Shown here one piece after another: positions 56,751 through 64,000 of a stretch of DNA of 64,000 bases. The stretch's first letter is position 1. Every line of letters begins with the position of its first letter. Source of the stretch: Candidatus Hadarchaeota archaeon (GTDB taxonomy: Archaea; CAYQAE01; CAYVLA01); NCBI GenBank assembly GCA_964621445.1, contig CAZUNO010000004.1, positions 32,001 through 96,000 of the forward strand, given 5' to 3'. The notes beneath the pieces are model-generated. The model saw only the letters and a list, made by a program, of their open reading frames with translations. It was not told where the DNA came from and ran no database searches. The position numbers and the translations under genes were made by a program.

Positions 56751-57953
56751 ATGCTAAGGGATGGAATCTTCCTAACCGGGCGCCCCATGGACCGGATAAG
56801 TCCGGGACGGCTGGGTTTGAGGGTCTTCGACAGGGATCTTGCACAGCCCGGTTACACGCTTTTCTCCCCTGCCTTTGGCAGCAGGGAGTATCTAATCGAT
56901 ATCTCCGGGCTTGTAATTCACACCTGGAGGGTGGAGCATTCACAGCTAGGAGAGCTATTACCTAATGGTAATCTTCTTGTTGACAACTACGGCGCTGGGG
57001 TGAAGGAGCTGACGCCCCAGGGCAAAGCCGTATGGAACTGGAGCGGGAATTACCACCACGATTTTGAAAGACTGGAAAATGGTAACACCCTGCTACTGAC
57101 CGCCGAGGACACCCCAGTGGTACCCGGCTATTACCGCAAGGGTTACCAACCCGATCATATGCGAAGCGACGTGGTTCTGGAGGTTGATAGATCGGGGAGG
57201 ACGGTTTGGAGGTTCTCCTTCCTTGATCATCTGGAGGAGATATCGGAGTTGGCCGGTTGGCCCCAGCCGGTTAGATACGCGAAAAGAGATCCTGATGGGA
57301 AGGAGGTTGAAAGCAGACCAGCCGACTGGGCCCACACTAACACCATAGAATCACTGCCCGATACCCCACTGGGAAGAGAGGATGAAAGGTTTCGGGAGGG
57401 TAACCTTCTATTCAGCTTCCGGGCCCTGGACACCATCGGTGTCATTGACAGGGACCGGGAGAGGATTGCTTGGGCGTGGGGACCGGGAATCCTCGATGGC
57501 CAACATCAGCCTACCATGGTGGACAACGGTAACATTCTGTTATTTGACAATGGAACCTACAGGAACTACTCCCAGATTCTGGAGATCGAGCCCTCAAGCG
57601 GCAGGATAATATGGAAATACGAAAATGGCAGTGAGTTCTACTCCCCGTTTAGATCAGGCGTTCAGAGGCTGGATAACGGCAACACCCTAATCTGTGAATC
57701 CGACTCCGGGCGAATATTTGAGATAACCAAGGATAAGAAGGTCGTATGGGACTATTGGTCTCCATTCCTTGGCCAAGGGCCAGATAACCAGGGGAGGCAT
57801 ATATACCGGGCCACAAGATACTCGAATGACCAGGTCTTACCTCTGTTTGAATCAAGAACTGACAGGATAACTGCGGTGTCCGATGAGAACAGACAACCAT
57901 TAACCGGATTCAGGGAAGCTTTGAGATTCTACCAGGATTCCTTAGAGTACTAG
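56751..57953 (+). CDS. arylsulfotransferase (ASST)-family beta-propeller protein
   Basis: GYTLF, HHDF, WAHTN, GQHQP, LFDNG, QRLDNGNTLI; no signal peptide. Confidence 0.85.
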   Translation: MLRDGIFLTGRPMDRISPGRLGLRVFDRDLAQPGYTLFSPAFGSREYLIDISGLVIHTWRVEHSQLGELLPNGNLLVDNYGAGVKELTPQGKAVWNWSGNYHHDFERLENGNTLLLTAEDTPVVPGYYRKGYQPDHMRSDVVLEVDRSGRTVWRFSFLDHLEEISELAGWPQPVRYAKRDPDGKEVESRPADWAHTNTIESLPDTPLGREDERFREGNLLFSFRALDTIGVIDRDRERIAWAWGPGILDGQHQPTMVDNGNILLFDNGTYRNYSQILEIEPSSGRIIWKYENGSEFYSPFRSGVQRLDNGNTLICESDSGRIFEITKDKKVVWDYWSPFLGQGPDNQGRHIYRATRYSNDQVLPLFESRTDRITAVSDENRQPLTGFREALRFYQDSLEY

Positions 57954-58900
57954 TTTTCAAATTCCAAGATAACCCGAAGAACCTCCTGGGCCTTGGAATC
58001 AGCTAGGGAAAACCCCAGGGGCGCTTCCCGGAAGGGAAGCCGATGGGTTATCATCCTCTCAACATCGACTATGCCTTGATCTATGATCTCTTGTGCCAGG
58101 ATAAAGTCGCTCTTGGTGGGGCCCTCGGTAGTGGTGAGTCGAAGCTGTTTGGAGAAGAATTCCAGTGGCTTCATTGATGCTTTTTCACCTGGTAGGCCAT
58201 AAAGCATAACCGTTCCCCCATCCCCTGCCAGCCGGGGTGCAAGTGCAATGGTGTCCGGTTTTCCAACCGCCTCGATGACCAGTTCATAACCAAGACCATC
58301 GTTTGCCTCCAAGGCCTCTCTCACTAGATTCTTGCCGGGGCTTAAGCACCTGTCGCATATCCTTTCGGACTCTCGACGCCTGTATTCTAGGGGCTCCGAG
58401 GCGAAAAGGGGTGAAGCCCCCATTTGCCTGAGCAGGGAGGCCAAGGTGAGTCCGGCAGGGCCTTGTCCGATAATGAAGGTGCTCTTGCCCATGACGTTTT
58501 CCAGCCTTCTGCAACAGTGAATTGGCGGGGTTACCAGCTGGGCCATAACTGCCATATCAGTATTCATGTCCTGGTTTATGAGGGGGATTATTGAATGGGG
58601 AGGAACGCTCATCGTCTCTCTCAGACCATCCGCGTGAGGAGGCCGAACAAGCACCAGATCCCCCTTGGTGATATCTGAAGAGGGGCCGGGATCACGGACC
58701 CTACCCAGGCATTCATGTGCGGGTTTCCCGGGCCTCAGGGGGAATTCATCACACGGTTGCCTGCCTCTGTATTTGTGTAGATCGCTGCCGCATATGGTGA
58801 CTCTCTCCATATCCAGGAGTATTTCCCGGGGATTTGGCTCAGGTCCCTCGATCTCCTCTATCTCCATTTTGCGGGGCCCAGTGAGCTTTGCTGCCTTCAA
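57950..58900 (-). CDS. zinc-dependent medium-chain dehydrogenase
   Basis: ICGSDLH, PAHECLG, GQGPAG, IEAVG, MITHR; structural-zinc lobe absent. Confidence 0.85.
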   Translation of the reverse strand: MKAAKLTGPRKMEIEEIEGPEPNPREILLDMERVTICGSDLHKYRGRQPCDEFPLRPGKPAHECLGRVRDPGPSSDITKGDLVLVRPPHADGLRETMSVPPHSIIPLINQDMNTDMAVMAQLVTPPIHCCRRLENVMGKSTFIIGQGPAGLTLASLLRQMGASPLFASEPLEYRRRESERICDRCLSPGKNLVREALEANDGLGYELVIEAVGKPDTIALAPRLAGDGGTVMLYGLPGEKASMKPLEFFSKQLRLTTTEGPTKSDFILAQEIIDQGIVDVERMITHRLPFREAPLGFSLADSKAQEVLRVILEFEN

Positions 58901-58954
58901 GTGAATCAATAGATCAGGCGTGAGGACCAAGAAAAATGTGCTTATTTAAGGGTG

Positions 58955-58973
58955 GATACATAGAGTATGTATC
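58955..58973. promoter_or_regulatory. perfect palindrome GATACAT-N5-ATGTATC in the divergent promoter region
   Basis: 7-bp inverted repeat between the dehydrogenase and glutamate-synthase-like genes. Confidence 0.4.
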
Positions 58974-59030
58974 GGTACGAAATGTTAGAAGAATCATTTG
59001 ATATACATTGCTTCACATTACTCTCCTAAC

Positions 59031-59081
59031 CCCGTTGGCCTACTGTGTGTGCCATTAGCATGTCAAGTCTTGGCCGGCGGG
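59031..59081 (+). promoter_or_regulatory. 5'-UTR stem-loop immediately upstream of the RBS
   Basis: CCCGTTGGCC/GGCCGGCGGG 10-bp stem (2 G-U pairs) plus an inner stem; GAGGAG follows after 3 nt. Confidence 0.45.
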
Positions 59082-59097
59082 TATGAGGAGCATTCCC

Positions 59098-60687
59098 ATG
59101 AATCTTAGACAGCCGAACGCGGATGAATCCACAAGCACCCGGAACCGCTCGAGGAGCGTTGTGCCCATGTCGGGCATTTGCAGTCGATGCGTCGACGGAT
59201 GCACCGGTGTGTGCGAGATATGGCTATCCTCCTTCCGAGGGCGGGAGGTCCTGTATCCAGGCCCATTCGGGGAGATTACCGCCGGGGCGGATAAGAATTA
59301 TCCCCTGGACTACTCCCACCTGAACATTCAGGGTTATTCCGTGGGAGCCGAGGGCCTTCCCTCGGACATCCAAGTGGGCCCCGATACGGCAATATTCCCC
59401 AATGTGGACACCGAGGTGGAGTACGGTTGGGACAAGAAGGTGAAAATGAAGATTCCCATCTTCACCGGAGCACTGGGCTCGACCGAGATTGCCAGGAAGA
59501 ACTGGGAGCATTTCGCAATCGGAGCCGCCATATCGGGGATCACCCTGGTGTGTGGTGAAAACGTCTGCGGGGTTGATCCTGACCTGGTTCTGGACGCGGA
59601 TAAGAAGGTCAAGAAGAGCCCCGAGATGGATAGAAGGATAGAGATTTACAGGGATTTTCACGAGGGATATGGGGAACTGCTAGTTCAGATGAACGTGGAG
59701 GACACCAGGTTTGGGGTCGGCGAATATGTTTCATCCAAGCACGACATGGAGACCATAGAGCTCAAATGGGGACAGGGCGCCAAGTGTATCGGTGGGGAAA
59801 TTAAGCTGGATAGCATCGAAAGAGCTCAGCAGCTGAAGAATAGGGGATACATAGTACTTCCGGATCCAACCAAACACGACGTAGGGGAGTCCTACAAGGA
59901 TGGTGCGCTAAAGGAGTTCGAAAGGCATTCAAGGGTGGGTCTTCTGACAAAGGAGGATTTCCTGGAGGAGGTGGACCGCCTCCGTGACCTGGGCTTCAAG
60001 AGGATCACCCTGAAGACCGGGGCCTACTCGCCTGTAGAGCTGGCGATGGCGCTGCGATTTGGATCGGAGGCCAAGCTCGACCTGATCACTATAGACGGTG
60101 CGCCGGGAGGAACCGGCATGAGTCCCTGGCCCATGATGAATGAGTGGGGAATACCCACCTTCTACCTGCAATCCATGGCTCACAGGTTCTGCGAGAGACT
60201 GCATGAAAAAGGGATGAAGGTACCCGATCTGGCCATGGCTGGAGGTTTCTCATCCGAGGATGGGGTTTTCAAGGCACTGGCCATGGGAAGCCCCTATTTC
60301 AAGGCAGTTTGCATGGGCAGGGGGCTAATGATCCCCGGAATGGTGGGAAAGAACATAGACAAATGGCTGAAAGAGGGAGATCTTCCTCGAAACGTTGCCA
60401 AGTACGGGGAGAGAATGGAGGAGATCTTCGTTACCTACGAGGAGCTGAAAGACCTCTACGGTAGCCGTTTCAAGGACATACCCGCGGGTGCAATGGGCAT
60501 ATTTACCTTCTGTTCAAGGTTCCAGACCGGACTACAACAGCTCATGGCCGGAACCAGGAATTTCAACTTCTCCACCATATCCCGTAAAGACCTCATGTCC
60601 CTAACCCGGGAAGCGGAGAAGGTCTCCGGTATCCCCTATGTAATGGATGCCTATGCCGAGGAAGCGATGAGCATACTGGAAGGTTAG
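59098..60687 (+). CDS. FMN-binding glutamate synthase family protein (GltB2-like, stand-alone)
   Basis: N-terminal CSRCVDGCTGVC, GALGST, ELKWGQGAK, LKTGAY, IDGAPGGTGMSP, AGG, MGR. Confidence 0.9.
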   Translation: MNLRQPNADESTSTRNRSRSVVPMSGICSRCVDGCTGVCEIWLSSFRGREVLYPGPFGEITAGADKNYPLDYSHLNIQGYSVGAEGLPSDIQVGPDTAIFPNVDTEVEYGWDKKVKMKIPIFTGALGSTEIARKNWEHFAIGAAISGITLVCGENVCGVDPDLVLDADKKVKKSPEMDRRIEIYRDFHEGYGELLVQMNVEDTRFGVGEYVSSKHDMETIELKWGQGAKCIGGEIKLDSIERAQQLKNRGYIVLPDPTKHDVGESYKDGALKEFERHSRVGLLTKEDFLEEVDRLRDLGFKRITLKTGAYSPVELAMALRFGSEAKLDLITIDGAPGGTGMSPWPMMNEWGIPTFYLQSMAHRFCERLHEKGMKVPDLAMAGGFSSEDGVFKALAMGSPYFKAVCMGRGLMIPGMVGKNIDKWLKEGDLPRNVAKYGERMEEIFVTYEELKDLYGSRFKDIPAGAMGIFTFCSRFQTGLQQLMAGTRNFNFSTISRKDLMSLTREAEKVSGIPYVMDAYAEEAMSILEG

Positions 60688-60695
60688 AATTTTAA

Positions 60696-62684
60696 TCAGG
60701 TTCCGTGACGGTGGGTCTCCGCCTCGCCGCTTGAGAAGGCTCTCATAACCCTTTTGTAGTTTTCTCTGGCCTGCTTGAGTTCATCAAGCTTCATATTCGG
60801 GTTCTCTAGTGCCTGGTAGATGATGGATCCCTCGGTTTTGGCTGGTATGGGTAGCTCAGCCAGGTGACATATTGTTGGTGCGATGTCAGTTAGCCAAACA
60901 TTTCTTTCCAGAATTTTATCCGAGGCTATGCCTGGACCGGACATGATCATCAAGCCCTTCATCGAGCCTATCCCGTATTCGGTGGGGGGAAGGAAGTTGC
61001 CGTGCTCCCCGCCAAACTCGGGATTCAGGGCGTATACAACATCCCCTACGCGCTCTCCGTAGAGCCCCATGAATCTTGCATCCTCACGTTTAAGTGCCAG
61101 AGCAACCGGCTTCATCCCGGTTTGGGGATCGGTGTAATCATAGAGCTCGCTGATTATACGGTTTCTAACCTCCTCGTATTCCTGTCCTGGCTCTACAATA
61201 CCCATTGGATCCCTTCCCTTCAAGTTGACATATACGTAACAGGCTCTTTGAGCGTATGCCCTGGTATTCTCCCAGTCGACCTCGAAGCGGGTGGAGGTGT
61301 GGGAAAAGGAAGCTGACTGCTCCCGCCTCTCTCCTTCCTTTAACTTGGTGAGGCCCTTATCTACCAGGAGGTCCGATACCTTGAATTTCCGGGTCGATGC
61401 CTTGGCTCCATGGTCAGAGACCACACAAACCAGGGAATCCTCCCCGACGCAGGATAGTATGGACCCGATCGTGCGGTCGATGCTCTGATAAAGTTCTAGC
61501 TCCGTTTCCTGATATCGATTCCTTTTCTCGGAGTCGGGATTGGTAATCGGATCAAGCTCCATCGAAAAGGTGTGATACATCCAATCCGGACAGTGCATAT
61601 GCATGAAGAAGAGATCCCATTCCTTGTTTCCTAGTAGATGGGTAACGGCGTTGCTGGTCCATGTGTGCTGTAATTCCACGATCTCGGTGAAGGTTTGCAG
61701 GTCTATCCATCCCAGGAGAAGAGGAAGGTAGCCACCTCTAGGAGATGGCAGTCCCTGGTCAAAGGGTATCTCTTCAGCCACCGAATCGGGGAATGACCAA
61801 CCTTTCAGGGAGTTAATTATGGTGACGTATAGGGAGAAGGAATCTCCCTTTGGGGACATTTCCAGCAGCTTACACCTGAATGCTCCTTTCATGGACCCCC
61901 TGGAGGTCTGGAATTCCTGAATGATAGTTGGGCTCCATTCCCCGGGAGCTAGGGTTGCGAACCGGTCATCGATGTCCTTGGTTTCGGAAAGGACCGCCCT
62001 GTTGTAGCCCTTTCCATCCGGACCAAGTGCCAGCATGTGCCAGGTCCTTGGCTCAATGTGATTGGCGGAGGGCTGGGGCGGGGCATCGTAAAAGAGTTTT
62101 AGGTCGGCCTCAAGATATCCTTCGCCACCCAGGGAATCGATATTCTTCCAGGCTTCGGGTTTCTTGAGTTGAATTTTGGTGGCGAATGGTATCTCCTTGG
62201 TGGTGAATAGCTGATAATCGGCGAGGGTTACCCCGGGTCTTTCATTGTCATGTCTGAAACGCCAGCTGTTTATACCTACTCCTCCGCCCCCGATGACTAT
62301 TCCTTTGGAGATTTTTGGTGGCCAGGAAGCGGGCCAGTCGAATATTATGCTCTTCCTGCCCTCCCTCTCCGCAACCTCCCATATGGTCTCCGCCTGGTTG
62401 TCCTGGGAGTCAAATCCGTCATGTATTTCATCCAGGGGGTCACCTGGTATGTGGACCGAGTATCCGGTTATTCCATGGGTACCGGGCCAGGCACCGGTGG
62501 CAATTGTAGTCCAGTTGGACGATGTTATGGTGGGATATGGAACCAGGCAATTCTCGGCGAAAACTCCGTCCTCCATGAGCCGCTTTAGATTTGGAAGATC
62601 TCCCTCCTCCGCCAGTTGACGCATTCTTGGGACTATTGGGGCATCAAGGCCGATTACTAACACCTTTCCGGGTTTATCCTTCAT
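60696..62684 (-). CDS. alkaline phosphatase superfamily / nucleotide pyrophosphatase-phosphodiesterase
   Basis: VIGLDA, PTITSSNW (Thr nucleophile), ATGAWPGTHGI, DWMYH, VSDHG, DIAPT. Confidence 0.88.
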   Translation of the reverse strand: MKDKPGKVLVIGLDAPIVPRMRQLAEEGDLPNLKRLMEDGVFAENCLVPYPTITSSNWTTIATGAWPGTHGITGYSVHIPGDPLDEIHDGFDSQDNQAETIWEVAEREGRKSIIFDWPASWPPKISKGIVIGGGGVGINSWRFRHDNERPGVTLADYQLFTTKEIPFATKIQLKKPEAWKNIDSLGGEGYLEADLKLFYDAPPQPSANHIEPRTWHMLALGPDGKGYNRAVLSETKDIDDRFATLAPGEWSPTIIQEFQTSRGSMKGAFRCKLLEMSPKGDSFSLYVTIINSLKGWSFPDSVAEEIPFDQGLPSPRGGYLPLLLGWIDLQTFTEIVELQHTWTSNAVTHLLGNKEWDLFFMHMHCPDWMYHTFSMELDPITNPDSEKRNRYQETELELYQSIDRTIGSILSCVGEDSLVCVVSDHGAKASTRKFKVSDLLVDKGLTKLKEGERREQSASFSHTSTRFEVDWENTRAYAQRACYVYVNLKGRDPMGIVEPGQEYEEVRNRIISELYDYTDPQTGMKPVALALKREDARFMGLYGERVGDVVYALNPEFGGEHGNFLPPTEYGIGSMKGLMIMSGPGIASDKILERNVWLTDIAPTICHLAELPIPAKTEGSIIYQALENPNMKLDELKQARENYKRVMRAFSSGEAETHRHGT

Positions 62685-62800
62685 GGATAGGCCTCCATCC
62701 GGACAAATAAAAGGATTACTTCTAGATTGGAAAGGCCTGTATAAGCCATGTTTTCATTATCTATAATATTCATATTTCAACAGGTGGATGATTTGGGAAC

Positions 62801-63856
62801 TTGATGTCCTCATTTGCCCAGCCGAATAAGGATATGAGGGATAATTACCTTAGAGCCCTGGAGTCCCGGAACCCAGAATGGATTCCTTGCTCGGTCTCCT
62901 TCTCCCGGGCGACTTGGAAGGTTTACCGAGACCGATTACAGGCCTTGGTAGAACGACACCCCTCTATATTTGGTACACAGGAGGAGGAGAGAGATTTTGA
63001 CTCCATGCCCAAGGCATACGAGGCCGGTTATTACACTGATAACTGGGGTTGCGTATGGTATAATGTTCAGCCCGGTCTGGAGGGACAGGTCGTGGGTCAT
63101 CCCCTGGAGAATTGGTCTGACTTCAAGGATTATCATCCTCCTGATCCCCTGGTTTACTCGGGAAGGGGAAAGTGGGACTGGAACCAGGTGGAGAATGAAA
63201 TTGAAAGGCGTCGTGATCTTGGGCTGGTAACCTGGGGGAACGGTGAGAGCCTCTTTGACCGCCTATATTTCCTCAGAGGTTTCAAGAATCTCATGAGGGA
63301 TATCGTTACCGGGGAACCACTACTGGATGAGCTAATTGAGATGCTCCAGGAGCATGAGTTGAAACTTATCCAAAAGTGGCTGGAAATTGGCGTGGATATA
63401 ATCTCTTTTCACACCGATATCGGCATGCAAACCGGGTTGATGATTAGCCCGGGACAATTCAGGCGTTATATCAAGCCCATGTTTAAGAAGCTATTTACCA
63501 CCTGCCGCCGCTCGGGTACTCACGTCTACCTCTCCTCGGATGGAAGGCTCCTAGATATAGTTGAGGACCTGGTTGAGTGTGGTGTCTCGGTACATGATCC
63601 CCAGTTTCGGGCTAATACGCTAGAGGGAATAGCCGGATGTTACAGGGGCAATATGTGTGTGGACCTGGATCTTGACCGGCAGATGTTCGCTTTTTGCAGC
63701 CCGGAAGAGATAGATGAGCAGATAAGGAAGTCTGTTGAAGTACTTGGAGATCCCCGTGGGGGCCTAATGATGAAGGCAGCTGTGTCGGGGACCAATGTTC
63801 CTCTGGAGAACATGGAGGCTATCTGTCAATCGATGGAGAATCACTGCCTACCCTGA
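62801..63856 (+). CDS. uroporphyrinogen decarboxylase-like (URO-D/MtaA superfamily) protein
   Basis: TDNWGCVW, HPLENW, LRGFKN, DIGMQTG.MISP..FR..IKP, DRQ, NVPLEN. Confidence 0.85.
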   Translation: MMSSFAQPNKDMRDNYLRALESRNPEWIPCSVSFSRATWKVYRDRLQALVERHPSIFGTQEEERDFDSMPKAYEAGYYTDNWGCVWYNVQPGLEGQVVGHPLENWSDFKDYHPPDPLVYSGRGKWDWNQVENEIERRRDLGLVTWGNGESLFDRLYFLRGFKNLMRDIVTGEPLLDELIEMLQEHELKLIQKWLEIGVDIISFHTDIGMQTGLMISPGQFRRYIKPMFKKLFTTCRRSGTHVYLSSDGRLLDIVEDLVECGVSVHDPQFRANTLEGIAGCYRGNMCVDLDLDRQMFAFCSPEEIDEQIRKSVEVLGDPRGGLMMKAAVSGTNVPLENMEAICQSMENHCLP

Positions 63857-64000
63857 AGGGGGCTCTGAGTAGTATCGCCAGCAAGGCCAAAATAGATGTA
63901 GCAAGTCCATATCCACCGAACTCCGGAATCTCGGACCAGTCCTTTAGGGCCTTTAGTAGGTGGAACCTTCCCTGTATCTCATTTCCCTCTTTGAAACTTC
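63819..64000 (-). CDS. C-terminal part of a surface protein with PEF-CTERM-like sorting signal (truncated by window edge)
   Basis: Frame reads ..DWSEIPEFGGYGLATSILALLAILLRAPFR.. with a stop at 63819. Confidence 0.6.
   Translation of the reverse strand, partial: SFKEGNEIQGRFHLLKALKDWSEIPEFGGYGLATSILALLAILLRAPFRVGSDSPSIDR

Overview
Gene-dense archaeal chromosomal segment. Archaeal markers are Trm1, KEOPS Cgi121, an MJ0144-type DUS-like protein, archaeal-type MetRS, an intron-containing tRNA-Thr(CGT) and PEF-CTERM-like sorting tails. The lineage cannot be assigned from the sequence alone. The gene set suggests an anaerobic heterotroph. A dispersed toolkit for glycans and organosulfates is present: three Cys-type sulfatases, an arylsulfotransferase, two GHL10-like proteins, GH172/DUF2961, GH116, a beta-propeller hydrolase, a PfkB kinase, a TIM-barrel isomerase and an AP-superfamily phosphodiesterase. 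Housekeeping genes are interspersed (metG, thiL, trm1, cgi121, amrS, nfeD-stomatin). An AT-richer variable region follows the tRNA (about 30.4-36.4 kb) with decayed ORFs, two tandem paralogous membrane proteins and a VapBC pair. A bacterial-looking repair/stress cluster lies at about 41-51.5 kb: stand-alone RyR-like domain, Fpg/Nei, DUF72, stand-alone LigD phosphoesterase, frameshifted Pat acetyltransferase, USP, M50-CBS protease, class II RNR with CobO, and an HhH pseudogene. The best candidates for undescribed biology are (1) the Ku-less Fpg-DUF72-LigD-PE module, (2) a Dna2-like Fe-S nuclease-helicase, (3) a paralogous membrane-anchored family with a conserved cytoplasmic tail, (4) the Cys-rich RyR microprotein, (5) the DUF350-transglutaminase pair, and (6) two strand-specific RNA hairpin elements. 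No CRISPR array, rRNA, integrase or transposase was seen. All product calls come from motifs recognised by eye; no database searches were run.
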